Of a stretch of DNA of 31,190 bases, positions 15,790-24,967 are shown piece by piece. The stretch's first letter is position 1. Each line of letters opens with the position of its first letter. The notes under the pieces were generated by a model. That model had not been told where the DNA came from. It made no database searches and saw only the letters and a program-made list of their open reading frames with translations. The stretch lies in the IMG/VR virus record IMGVR_UViG_2681813317_000014. One strand, given 5' to 3'. A program made the translations under genes and the position numbers. This DNA comes from a virus (lineage: Duplodnaviria > Heunggongvirae > Uroviricota > Caudoviricetes).

Positions 15790-16202
15790 GGTTCCCGCCC
15801 CTCAAAACGCTGACGACAGGCCGTGCGTATCAACCGGAAGAACACCGACGCCACGAGGTAAATCAGCGCGGTAAAAATCCACCCGGCAGCGACCAGCGAG
15901 ATAAACGTCGCCACCATCACCACCAGAGCCGCCGCCCGTCTGCGCCACGGCACCGGCTGCAAAAACAGCGACGCGACAATCTTCACGGCCAGCGATTCCG
16001 GCGGCAGCTCCCGCCCGTAGCGTTCCAGCACATACTCAGTGGCATACACGCCGACACCACCGGCAACCACACAGATAACCGTCGCCAGAATCGCCCAGGC
16101 GGCGACAAAACTGACGGCCACGCTCTGCGGGTAAATCAGGGACAGTACCAGCATCAGCGCCAGCGACACGTTCAGCATCAGTGAAAGGGATAATTTCTTC
16201 AT
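15777..16202 (-). CDS. lysA: LysA, membrane protein of the lysis cassette (lysis timing)
   Basis: 141-aa ORF with several predicted transmembrane helices, in P2 lysA position between K and lysB. Confidence 0.85.
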   Translation of the reverse strand: MKKLSLSLMLNVSLALMLVLSLIYPQSVAVSFVAAWAILATVICVVAGGVGVYATEYVLERYGRELPPESLAVKIVASLFLQPVPWRRRAAALVVMVATFISLVAAGWIFTALIYLVASVFFRLIRTACRQRFEGREPCQS

Positions 16203-16216
16203 GGTGTTTACTCCGT

Positions 16217-16714
16217 TTAAGCCGGTACGCCGCCAGCGGTACGCCAGACGGTGACCAGTTTTTCCAGTGAATGCTCACGCTGACCGTAACCGGCACCCGG
16301 CAGGGACGCCCAGATATTGCGACAGCGTGAAATGGCGCGCTCAATGCGTCCCGCCCGGATGTCATCCAGTGCACCGCGTTCGCGGATCAACTGAATGGCG
16401 AGCCTGTCCTGTGACAACGGACTGAAATCCGGCAGGGCAAGCTGTTTGCGATAGTGCGGCCAGAACAGGTAAAGCTGCTGATAGCGACCGGAGGCCGTGG
16501 ATTTTTCACCGCGACGGTTAAACACCTTCGCCGGTCGGCCATGCGCGAACGGGTGGTCACTGTAGTCGGTGAAAATTTCCGGCTTCCCGTCCAGTCCGGT
16601 GACTATCACGTCATAGCCCCGGTTTTTCGTCAGCGGATGATTCGCCGTCCCTTCGGACACGGCCAGCATGTCGAGAAAGGCAGCGATATTCTGATGCGTG
16701 TTAATTACCGGCAT
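16217..16714 (-). CDS. K: Endolysin K (lysozyme-like muramidase)
   Basis: 165-aa ORF in P2 gpK position directly after the holin gene. Confidence 0.93.
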   Translation of the reverse strand: MPVINTHQNIAAFLDMLAVSEGTANHPLTKNRGYDVIVTGLDGKPEIFTDYSDHPFAHGRPAKVFNRRGEKSTASGRYQQLYLFWPHYRKQLALPDFSPLSQDRLAIQLIRERGALDDIRAGRIERAISRCRNIWASLPGAGYGQREHSLEKLVTVWRTAGGVPA

Positions 16715-16995
16715 TACGGTTTCCCCCTGCCCTTAAAGCGGCGCTGAATGGCAATCTCAATCACCTGATAACCGGCGATACCCAGCATGGAGCCGATACC
16801 GCACACCGCAGGCAGTGACAGGTCAGGAAACTGCACCAGAACAACACCGGCAACCATCGAGACAAAACCACCGAGCAACATGCGCCCGATAAACAGACGC
16901 GGGGTGATGGGTTCACCACCGGCAAGCACCTTGCCGACAACAATCAGCACCCCAATCATGAAAAGCGACAGGACGCTTTTTTCTTCTGCTGTCAT
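16714..16995 (-). CDS. Y: Holin Y
   Basis: 93-aa ORF with hydrophobic transmembrane segments and a charged C-terminus (RRFKGRGKP). Its stop overlaps the K start by 1 nt. Confidence 0.9.
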   Translation of the reverse strand: MTAEEKSVLSLFMIGVLIVVGKVLAGGEPITPRLFIGRMLLGGFVSMVAGVVLVQFPDLSLPAVCGIGSMLGIAGYQVIEIAIQRRFKGRGKP

Positions 16996-16998
16996 GCG

Positions 16999-17202
16999 TT
17001 ACTCCCACAGATTGACAGTTTCAGCCACGGGCGCGGTCTGAACGTCGGGCAGTTCGACGGCGGTGCCGTGCGGCAGCACCGCACCCAGTTCAGCCAGTCC
17101 CGGATTTGCGGCGAGCACGGTCTCAACCACGCCCTCAGTGCGCCCGTAATACCGGACACAGATGGCGTCGAGCGTGTCGCCCTGTAGCGCAAAGGTCTTC
17201 AT
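16999..17202 (-). CDS. X: Tail protein X (LysM-like)
   Basis: The 67-aa product MKTFALQGDTLDAICVRYYG... matches P2 gpX from memory. Start taken at the internal Met of ORF 16999..17271, which overlaps the L stop by 1 nt. Confidence 0.85.
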   Translation of the reverse strand: MKTFALQGDTLDAICVRYYGRTEGVVETVLAANPGLAELGAVLPHGTAVELPDVQTAPVAETVNLWE

Positions 17203-17711
17203 CAGATTTGACTCACGATGCAGCGCGGCTTGTCCTGGATACGCGCCACCGCCCAGCGCATATCCCGCCACAGTTCATCGATGGTGCTGTCAATGCTGTC
17301 AGCCTTCTTGTCGCCTTTCGCACTGGCATCCACGCCGCGATAACGTTCATAAAGCGACGCGGTCGCCATCGCACACACGGCGCGCTCGTAGTAAAAAACC
17401 TTGATGCTTTCACCGTCGATGTCGTCCGCCGGGACGTCCGCCAGACGCGTAAAACCGGCGGCAATTTTCTGTTCGCGGTACTCGTACAGCTCCGCATTCG
17501 TCTCCGCCATGCCTGACTTGATGGCCTCACGCAGACGGGCGGGGGCGACGGTCTGCTCAAGGCGCATACGTTCCCGGACGCGCTTCGGGTCGATATCGGG
17601 AAAAAAGAACGTGTTTTTAATCACCGGCTCGTCGCCTGCCGGTTGCGGGATGACCACCGTACCCTCACCGGACACGGGAGCCTCCTTTCGCGGAATAATC
17701 AGCGTCATCAT
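17202..17711 (-). CDS. L: Head completion/stabilisation protein L
   Basis: ORF 17202..17771; start taken at MMTLIIPRKEAP..., giving about 169-170 aa to match P2 gpL. The longer start at 17771 is an alternative. Confidence 0.88.
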   Translation of the reverse strand: MMTLIIPRKEAPVSGEGTVVIPQPAGDEPVIKNTFFFPDIDPKRVRERMRLEQTVAPARLREAIKSGMAETNAELYEYREQKIAAGFTRLADVPADDIDGESIKVFYYERAVCAMATASLYERYRGVDASAKGDKKADSIDSTIDELWRDMRWAVARIQDKPRCIVSQI

Positions 17712-17810
17712 GACTACCTCTGAAAAGTCGGGCGGTGGACGCCGGTGCAGTGTCAGGTGATTCACCCTCACTGACCGGCGTGCCGCCCTGGCGCGGGGCG
17801 CATTCGGTTG

Positions 17811-18554
17811 TTAACTGGCTTTCTTTTTCGGGCGTCCACGTTTTGCCGGTGTCACGCTCCGGGTCTTACGCGGGGCGCGGGTGGCCGCTTTGGGCTGCGG
17901 CTCCGGCTTCGGTTTCAGCTCCCGCTCCAGTCGTTCAATCTCTTTTTTGACGCCTGCCTGACAGTCGAGCTGTGTCGCACGTTGCAGGTGAGCCAGCGCA
18001 CCGGCGGCATCACCACCGTCACGCAGAAACAGACCGGTGATTTTGTGCAGCTTTGCGCGCACTTCATCAGGCATGTCAGCCGTGGCGGTCAGTTCAAGAG
18101 TCTCCGTCAGCAGGCGGGTATCCACAGACTCACCGGCAGCGTGAGCGCGCATGGCCGCAAGCGCTACCTCCTCGGTGAACATGTACGGCGGGGTACGGCG
18201 GTGTTTACCCGGCATGGTCAGACCGTACTTCAGGGCATAACGGGCAATCTCCAGCGCACCGGCAATATCGCCGGTATCCAGACGCCACAGCATGACCGTC
18301 ATCAGAATGTCATCCTGTGCACCTTTGCCCTGCTCCAGCACGCCGTTCACCCACGGCAACCAGAACGGCAGCAGTTCGCGTTTTTTCGCGGCCTTCAGCT
18401 CTTTTGAATAAATCGCTTTCAGTGTGCGCTGGTCTGCGGCGAGCTTAACCAGCATCTGCTCATAGACAGTTGCATGTCGCAGCGGGGCGGCGTCCCGCTG
18501 CGCGGTCATCGCTGCCGAGACCCGCATCATGTGGCGCTGTGCGGGACTCGTCAT
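17811..18554 (-). CDS. M: Terminase small (endonuclease) subunit M
   Basis: 247-aa ORF with a basic C-terminal tail (PAKRGRPKKKAS), in P2 gpM position after the capsid gene. Confidence 0.93.
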   Translation of the reverse strand: MTSPAQRHMMRVSAAMTAQRDAAPLRHATVYEQMLVKLAADQRTLKAIYSKELKAAKKRELLPFWLPWVNGVLEQGKGAQDDILMTVMLWRLDTGDIAGALEIARYALKYGLTMPGKHRRTPPYMFTEEVALAAMRAHAAGESVDTRLLTETLELTATADMPDEVRAKLHKITGLFLRDGGDAAGALAHLQRATQLDCQAGVKKEIERLERELKPKPEPQPKAATRAPRKTRSVTPAKRGRPKKKAS

Positions 18555-18557
18555 CGG

Positions 18558-19631
18558 TTACGCTCCCGGCTCTGCGGTCACTTTAGTCGGTGTGGAGAAG
18601 TCACCGACCTTAATTTTTTCCACCAGACAACCGGCGGCGTAGTCTTCCACCACGTAATCAATGTTCATTGACTCGTAGTTCTCCACGCGGTCGAGTTTCG
18701 GGTTTTCCACAATCACGCGGCGATGGCTGTCATCCATGTAGTAGATGGACAGGTTTTCCAGCTTCGTGATGAGCATCGCATCCGCCGGGAAGTACGGGAC
18801 GCGTACCGCCGGCAGGTTACCGATGCGTTTCTGGCTGATGATGACGTCAGCGGCCAGCATCTCGCTGTTGTCCTGCTCCTTGTTGACGATGGGGAAATAC
18901 TTGTCCGCCAGTAGCTGACGCCCCACAATCACCACAAGGTCAGGGTCTTCCTGATACCACGGCTCAATCAGGTTGTTGGTCGCATCCATCACCAGTGCAT
19001 CGAGGCTGGCATAATCACCGCCCTTACCCACGCGGATGACCTCAGAGGTCGTGCGGCCTTCCTCGTCAGTGACCTTGCTCATCACGCGCGCCGGGGCTTC
19101 ATTGCGGTATTTCTGCAGCCAGCCGACTGCCACATCCTGCAACATCGGGTTACTGCTGCGGTCAGAGGTTTCGGCACGCCTCACGCCGTTAAAACCGGCC
19201 ATGATTAAATCAAGGGACTGGCGTTTGATAATGGCGTTACGGACACGGAGCTGGAAATCCTGATAACGCGCCCACAGGTCCAGCGTTTTGTAGCGGATAT
19301 AAAAATCGAAGTTAATCTGGTCGCATTCGTACTTGTTTGACGCCAGCTTCGAGAAGTCCTTCGGCTGACGCTCGGTGCCACCGGCGGTGTCGGTGGTGCT
19401 GGCGATGGAGCCGGTGACACCGATGCCAATTTTTTCCCCTTTCATTTCACTGACCGGCACAATGTTGATGCGGGTCAGAAAGTCAGAGGACTCCTGCATG
19501 GTGTTCATCAGGGTCTGGGTGACCGACGGTTCAACGGTGAATTTTTTCGACACATCACCGGCGTCGATGCCGTTCAGTTCGGCAACACGGGACAGGTAGG
19601 CATTAAATTTAAAGCGGGTTTCCTGGCGCAT
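18558..19631 (-). CDS. N: Major capsid protein N
   Basis: 357-aa ORF in P2 gpN position and size. Confidence 0.95.
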   Translation of the reverse strand: MRQETRFKFNAYLSRVAELNGIDAGDVSKKFTVEPSVTQTLMNTMQESSDFLTRINIVPVSEMKGEKIGIGVTGSIASTTDTAGGTERQPKDFSKLASNKYECDQINFDFYIRYKTLDLWARYQDFQLRVRNAIIKRQSLDLIMAGFNGVRRAETSDRSSNPMLQDVAVGWLQKYRNEAPARVMSKVTDEEGRTTSEVIRVGKGGDYASLDALVMDATNNLIEPWYQEDPDLVVIVGRQLLADKYFPIVNKEQDNSEMLAADVIISQKRIGNLPAVRVPYFPADAMLITKLENLSIYYMDDSHRRVIVENPKLDRVENYESMNIDYVVEDYAAGCLVEKIKVGDFSTPTKVTAEPGA

Positions 19632-19689
19632 AGTTTTTCCTGAAATTAAGGGTTAATCGTGAAGGTTTTCCCGGACTGACTGACGCCGG

Positions 19690-20544
19690 TCAGCAGTTCG
19701 TCATCAGGGCGTCACCGCCACCACCGGTGGCCTTGCTGCGGCGCTGCTGGGTCAGACTTTCGGTGTGGTCGAGACTGTTTTTCAGGCGGGTGAATGCCTG
19801 GCTGGTTTCATCCGCCCTGTCAGTCACATCCTGCTTAAGTGCGGAAAAAGCGGTTTCCATCTCAGCGAGGCGCTGCTCAGTGGCACTCAGTTTTTCCTGC
19901 ACATGTTCAGCAACAGCGGTCACCGCTTCATGCACGTCATTCAGACGGGCGTCATCGCTGGCCTGTTTGCGGCCAAAAATGGACTTCACCTTTTCGGTCA
20001 GGGCGGTGAACACGGTTTCAGGCAGGTCTTCAAATTCCAGCTCAACGGGCGTTGCCACTGAAATCAGGTTTTCAGGGCTTAATTTGAAGCGGTTCAGGGG
20101 GTTGTGTTTTGCCGTGCGGCAAAATTCCAGGTATTCCGTGCCGAGGCTTGCGGGGTCATCGGTGACGGCCAGCCCCACCAGATAACACTTGCCGGTGTTG
20201 GCAAAGTTCGGCTGAATTTCCATTGAGGTATAGACCTTCTGTGCGGCCTTGTTCATCGCGATAAGGTCATCGGTCGGGGTGATTTTCGCAAACAGCGCCC
20301 ATTTGCCTTTCAGCGCCGAATCATCGTCAATCTTTTCGGCCTTCAGTTCGATCACATCGCCATAACGCTTAAAAATACCGTCAGGCAGGATGCCGCGCAG
20401 ATGTTCCAGGTTAATACGGCAACCATAGACACGCGGGTCAAAGGTTTCGGCCATTTCCTGAATATCCTGCGCACTGATGACACGCCCGTCACAGGTGTCA
20501 CCCTCAACGCCGATACGAAAGAATTTTGATGCTTTTTTTGCCAT
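19690..20544 (-). CDS. O: Capsid scaffolding protein O
   Basis: ORF 19690..20610; start taken at MAKKASKFFRIGVEGDTCDGR... (ATG at 20544), giving 284 aa as in P2 gpO. It is the first gene of the O-N-M-L-X operon, divergent from P. Confidence 0.9.
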   Translation of the reverse strand: MAKKASKFFRIGVEGDTCDGRVISAQDIQEMAETFDPRVYGCRINLEHLRGILPDGIFKRYGDVIELKAEKIDDDSALKGKWALFAKITPTDDLIAMNKAAQKVYTSMEIQPNFANTGKCYLVGLAVTDDPASLGTEYLEFCRTAKHNPLNRFKLSPENLISVATPVELEFEDLPETVFTALTEKVKSIFGRKQASDDARLNDVHEAVTAVAEHVQEKLSATEQRLAEMETAFSALKQDVTDRADETSQAFTRLKNSLDHTESLTQQRRSKATGGGGDALMTNC

Positions 20545-20717
20545 TGTCAGGAGTCCTGAATAGTGATTAGAGGAGTCACATGTCGGCATCAGTTTCCCGA
20601 CGATGCGCATCCTCCGCCATCAGTCCCGGATGGCTTATCACTGACACAACAGCACCTTAGCGAATCGCGGGACGCGACTCAGTAGCCTTGCCGTGTATTC
20701 ATCACGGCGAGGTATTC

Positions 20718-22490
20718 ATGACCATCACCACAGACACCACTCTTTTACACGACCCGCGTCGTCAGGCGGCGCTGCTTTACTGGCAGGGGTTTTCCGTGCC
20801 GCAGATTGCCGCCATGTTGCAGATGAAACGCCCGACGGTGCAGAGCTGGAAACAGCGCGACGGCTGGGACAGCGTTGCCCCCATCAGCCGTGTCGAAATG
20901 AGTCTGGAAGCGCGGCTGACCCAGCTCATCATCAAACCGCAGAAAACCGGCGGTGACTTCAAGGAAATTGACCTGCTCGGACGCCAGATTGAACGACTGG
21001 CACGGGTCAACCGTTACAGTCAGACCGGCAACGAGGCAGACCTTAATCCGAACGTCGCTAACCGCAACAAAGGCGGGCGTCGCAAACCGAAAAAGAATTT
21101 TTTCAGTGACGAGGCCATCGAAAAGCTGGAGCAGATTTTCTTTGAGCAGTCTTTCGAATATCAGTTGCACTGGTATCGCGCCGGGCTTGAGCACCGCATC
21201 CGCGATATCCTGAAATCCCGCCAGATTGGCGCAACGTTTTATTTTTCCCGCGAGGCGCTGCTGCGCGCCCTGAAAACCGGTCATAACCAGATTTTTCTGT
21301 CGGCCAGTAAAACGCAGGCGTATGTGTTCCGCGAATACATCATCGCCTTTGCCCGGCTGGTTGACGTTGACCTGACCGGTGACCCGATTGTCCTGGGCAA
21401 TAACGGCGCAAAACTGATTTTTCTCGGCACCAACTCCAACACCGCACAGAGCCATAACGGTGACCTGTACGTCGACGAGATTTTCTGGATCCCGAATTTT
21501 CAGGTACTGCGTAAGGTGGCATCAGGTATGGCCTCACAGAGTCACCTGCGCTCGACCTATTTCTCCACCCCGTCCACGCTGGCGCACGACGCCTATCCGT
21601 TCTGGTCGGGTGAACTGTTCAACCGGGGACGCGCCAGCGCCGCTGAACGCGTGGAAATCGACGTCAGTCATAACGCCCTTGCCGGTGGGCTTCTCTGTGC
21701 GGACGGCCAGTGGCGGCAGATTGTCACCATTGAGGACGCGCTGAAAGGCGGCTGCACGCTGTTCGACATTGAGCAGCTCAAACGCGAAAACAGCGCCGAC
21801 GATTTTAAAAACCTGTTCATGTGTGAATTTGTTGACGACAAGGCGTCGGTGTTCCCGTTCGAGGAGCTGCAACGCTGCATGGTCGACACACTGGAAGAAT
21901 GGGAAGACTATGCACCCTTTGCCGCAAATCCGTTCGGCTCCCGCCCGGTATGGATTGGTTACGACCCGTCACACCGTGGCGACAGCGCCGGATGCGTGGT
22001 ACTGGCACCGCCGGTGGTGGCCGGTGGCAAATTCAGAATACTTGAGCGTCACCAGTGGAAAGGCATGGACTTTGCCACTCAGGCGGAATCCATCCGCAAA
22101 CTCACCGAAAAATACAACGTCGAATACATCGGAATTGATGCCACCGGCCTCGGTGTCGGCGTGTTCCAGCTCGTGCGCTCGTTCTATCCCGCCGCTCGCG
22201 ATATCCGCTACACGCCGGAAATGAAAACCGCAATGGTGCTCAAGGCCAAAGACGTTATCCGCCGTGGCTGTCTGGAATATGACGTCAGCGCCACCGACAT
22301 CACCAGCTCGTTTATGGCTATCCGCAAGACCATGACCAGCAGCGGACGCAGTGCCACCTATGAGGCCAGCCGCAGCGAGGAAGCCAGCCACGCCGACCTC
22401 GCCTGGGCGACCATGCACGCCCTGTTAAATGAGCCACTCACCGCCGGTATCAGCACCCCGCTGACATCCACCATTCTGGAGTTTTACTGA
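20718..22490 (+). CDS. P: Terminase large (ATPase) subunit P
   Basis: ORF 20688..22490; start taken at MTITTDTTLLHDPRRQAALLYWQGFSVPQIAAM... (590 aa) as in P2 gpP. The alternative start is at 20688. Confidence 0.95.
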   Translation: MTITTDTTLLHDPRRQAALLYWQGFSVPQIAAMLQMKRPTVQSWKQRDGWDSVAPISRVEMSLEARLTQLIIKPQKTGGDFKEIDLLGRQIERLARVNRYSQTGNEADLNPNVANRNKGGRRKPKKNFFSDEAIEKLEQIFFEQSFEYQLHWYRAGLEHRIRDILKSRQIGATFYFSREALLRALKTGHNQIFLSASKTQAYVFREYIIAFARLVDVDLTGDPIVLGNNGAKLIFLGTNSNTAQSHNGDLYVDEIFWIPNFQVLRKVASGMASQSHLRSTYFSTPSTLAHDAYPFWSGELFNRGRASAAERVEIDVSHNALAGGLLCADGQWRQIVTIEDALKGGCTLFDIEQLKRENSADDFKNLFMCEFVDDKASVFPFEELQRCMVDTLEEWEDYAPFAANPFGSRPVWIGYDPSHRGDSAGCVVLAPPVVAGGKFRILERHQWKGMDFATQAESIRKLTEKYNVEYIGIDATGLGVGVFQLVRSFYPAARDIRYTPEMKTAMVLKAKDVIRRGCLEYDVSATDITSSFMAIRKTMTSSGRSATYEASRSEEASHADLAWATMHALLNEPLTAGISTPLTSTILEFY

Positions 22491-23524
22491 TGAGCAAGAA
22501 AAAAGGGAAAACACCGCAACCTGCGGCAAAAACAATGACCGCCAGCGCCCCGAAAATGGAGGCATTCACCTTTGGTGAGCCGGTGCCGGTACTCGACCGC
22601 CGTGACATTCTGGATTACGTCGAGTGCATCAGTAACGGCAGATGGTATGAGCCGCCGGTCAGCTTTACCGGTCTGGCAAAAAGCCTGCGTGCTGCCGTGC
22701 ATCACAGCTCACCGATTTACGTCAAACGTAATATTCTGGCTTCAACGTTTATCCCGCATCCGTGGCTTTCCCAGCAGGATTTCAGCCGCTTTGTGCTGGA
22801 TTTTCTGGTGTTCGGTAATGCGTTTCTGGAAAAGCGTTACAGCACCACCGGTAAGGTCATCAGACTGGAAACCTCACCGGCAAAATATACCCGCCGTGGC
22901 GTGGAAGAGGATGTTTACTGGTGGGTGCCGTCCTTCCATGAGCCGACAGCCTTCGCGCCCGGCTCCGTGTTTCACCTGCTGGAGCCGGATATTAATCAGG
23001 AGCTGTACGGCCTGCCGGAATATCTCAGCGCCCTTAACTCTGCCTGGCTGAATGAGTCGGCCACGCTGTTCCGCCGCAAGTATTACGAAAACGGCGCACA
23101 TGCCGGATACATCATGTACGTCACTGATGCCGTGCAGGATCGCAACGATATCGAAATGCTTCGCGAAAACATGGTGAAGTCAAAAGGCCGCAACAACTTT
23201 AAAAACCTGTTTCTCTATGCCCCACAGGGGAAAGCCGACGGCATTAAAATTATCCCGCTCAGTGAAGTGGCAACGAAGGACGATTTTTTTAATATCAAAA
23301 AAGCCAGCGCCGCTGACCTGCTGGACGCGCACCGCATCCCCTTTCAGTTGATGGGCGGCAAGCCGGAGAACGTCGGGTCGCTGGGCGATATTGAGAAAGT
23401 GGCAAAGGTCTTTGTCCGCAATGAGCTTATCCCGTTACAGGACAGGATCCGCGAGATAAACGGCTGGCTCGGCCAGGAGGTCATCCGCTTTAAAAACTAC
23501 TCACTGGACACTGACAACGGCTGA
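22490..23524 (+). CDS. Q: Portal (capsid vertex) protein Q
   Basis: 344-aa ORF whose ATG overlaps the P stop (TGATGA); matches P2 gpQ in size and order. Confidence 0.95.
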   Translation: MSKKKGKTPQPAAKTMTASAPKMEAFTFGEPVPVLDRRDILDYVECISNGRWYEPPVSFTGLAKSLRAAVHHSSPIYVKRNILASTFIPHPWLSQQDFSRFVLDFLVFGNAFLEKRYSTTGKVIRLETSPAKYTRRGVEEDVYWWVPSFHEPTAFAPGSVFHLLEPDINQELYGLPEYLSALNSAWLNESATLFRRKYYENGAHAGYIMYVTDAVQDRNDIEMLRENMVKSKGRNNFKNLFLYAPQGKADGIKIIPLSEVATKDDFFNIKKASAADLLDAHRIPFQLMGGKPENVGSLGDIEKVAKVFVRNELIPLQDRIREINGWLGQEVIRFKNYSLDTDNG

Positions 23525-23528
23525 CATC

Positions 23529-23550
23529 GCCGCCTGCGGGCGGCTTTTTT
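23529..23550 (+). terminator. Rho-independent terminator downstream of Q
   Basis: GCCGCC-TGCG-GGCGGC hairpin (6-bp GC stem) followed by TTTTTT, 5 nt after the Q stop. Confidence 0.6.
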
Positions 23551-23692
23551 ACACCCCGTCATCACGCCCTCACACGCTCACCACCGCACAAAACACCCCA
23601 CAGACACACCAACGCCCCGGCGCACAATCCAAACGCCGTCACGACGCGCTGAGACGCTGAAAAAATAAAATCAGCACCACCGCCAGCGCGCA

Positions 23693-23711
23693 GTGCTTTC
23701 CCCGCCTCGCC
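23693..23711. other. cos site: 19-nt cohesive-end sequence (GGCGAGGCGGGGAAAGCAC on minus strand), uncleaved
   Basis: The exact 19-mer I recall as the P2/186 cohesive end is present on the minus strand at 23693..23711, in the expected position next to Q. It is flanked by a strongly C/A-rich tract (23550..23690) that could hold terminase-binding sequence. Confidence 0.8.
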
Positions 23712-23930
23712 CGCCCGCTTCATGGGGCGGTTTTAATGCAGTTGCATGAACATACCGAGAATGCGCCAGCACTGACAACGCTCATAAGCGACAGGGGATG
23801 AAAACGCATGCAATTCGATGCAATAGCACATGCATGGATAGAAACGACTGTAATTAAGGGGAAATAGTATAAAAATCCGGCTAAAAATAGCCGACCGTTC
23901 ACTAGAATCGACTATTTATTGCTTATTTTT

Positions 23931-24533
23931 TTACCCCATTTTAACGAGGTGGCTCATTTTTATAGCTGTCACAGAGTCTTCATAATGAGGCACATCTACA
24001 AGAAGAAGTTCTTCATTCCCGGCAAGAGAAACAATGTGCTTTAACAGTAGAGTTTCAATTCTTGATAAATACTCTGGAACTTTTTTATGAAACCCCAGCG
24101 AGTTTTCCCTAACCCGATATGGGTTCCTTACGTGAATATGTTTTGAGCATTCATCATATAGCTTGATAAACTGTTTTTTCGTCAAAAAACCTCCCGTTAG
24201 TTTCGTCCAGCCCGTTTTGGTTACTCCTGATATTGGTACTGGATAAAAGTTAGGGTTTATCTTTTCCAACTCTTTAAATATATTCTTCGCCTTCCATACA
24301 CCATCAATCTTCTTTGTAACCTTCTCGTATGCTTTTTCATGTGAAATTAGAGATGAAAATGCAATGAGCTCTAGTAGCTTCCTAAGCTGCAACGCCTCCA
24401 TTTCAATTAACACTTGAAAATAAACGCCATCAATCCTTCCAGATGATAAAGCATGAAGTGTTTCAAGTCGCTTTTGACATTCAAACATTATCTTTAGATA
24501 TTTTTGTCTTTTTTTCTCATTCATTAATAACAT
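23931..24533 (-). CDS. Hypothetical protein, AT-rich orphan in the cos-A accessory hotspot (candidate defence/exclusion gene)
   Basis: 200-aa ORF, Lys/Leu/Glu-rich and probably largely alpha-helical. It sits in a markedly AT-rich segment unlike the flanking P2 core, with about 215 bp of AT-rich upstream region. I recognise no family. Confidence 0.6.
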   Translation of the reverse strand: MLLMNEKKRQKYLKIMFECQKRLETLHALSSGRIDGVYFQVLIEMEALQLRKLLELIAFSSLISHEKAYEKVTKKIDGVWKAKNIFKELEKINPNFYPVPISGVTKTGWTKLTGGFLTKKQFIKLYDECSKHIHVRNPYRVRENSLGFHKKVPEYLSRIETLLLKHIVSLAGNEELLLVDVPHYEDSVTAIKMSHLVKMG

Positions 24534-24748
24534 GATCTCATCATCATTCTAACGTCATGCAGAAAGCTATATTAGACACGTCACCCGAATAAAGCTTCAT
24601 TACCTAAAAACAAGACCATACCATCAAACATGAGGGGAGGCGTTGAGTTTTTTGTTTTCTCATTGGTTCCAATACCACTAACGCCTCGCGATGCTCGTTG
24701 TTCAACCCCGCCAGCCCTGAAAACAAGTTTCAAGACTGACGGCGTTTT

Positions 24749-24967
24749 CTATAGTCTGCGTGGCGGTGGAGCAACTCTGGACTGACGGATATAATTAAGC
24801 CGCCCGTAATTATCCCGGACTATTTCGGCACACCCGACCAGCTCGTCAGGCGTCAGATTTTCGTTGACCATAATCTGCTGTAGACAGTGAACAATTGCCA
24901 TCAGCTTGATATTTTTAGTGTTATGTTGCGGTATCTCACCTGGTATTCTGTGCATTATCCAAGCCAC
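24749..24967 (-). CDS. Small hypothetical ORF overlapping the 3' end of the upstream gene
   Basis: 72-aa ORF (or shorter from an internal Met, MAIVHCLQQIM...). Its start overlaps the stop of ORF 24955..25443 by 13 nt. No recognisable motif; coding status uncertain. Confidence 0.3.
   Translation of the reverse strand: MAWIMHRIPGEIPQHNTKNIKLMAIVHCLQQIMVNENLTPDELVGCAEIVRDNYGRLNYIRQSRVAPPPRRL

Noticed and set aside
20688-20717. Longer N-terminus for terminase P (start at 20688) and similar upstream extensions for ogr, X, L, O, A and int
   Set aside because: The internal starts reproduce the lengths and N-termini of the P2 proteins and have better spacing to upstream genes or ribosome-binding sites. 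The extensions are probably ORF-finder artefacts.
23720-23902. 60-aa ORF next to cos
   Set aside because: It starts immediately beside the cos 19-mer in a region expected to be non-coding packaging sequence, has a Cys/hydrophobic-rich odd composition, and has no obvious ribosome-binding site.
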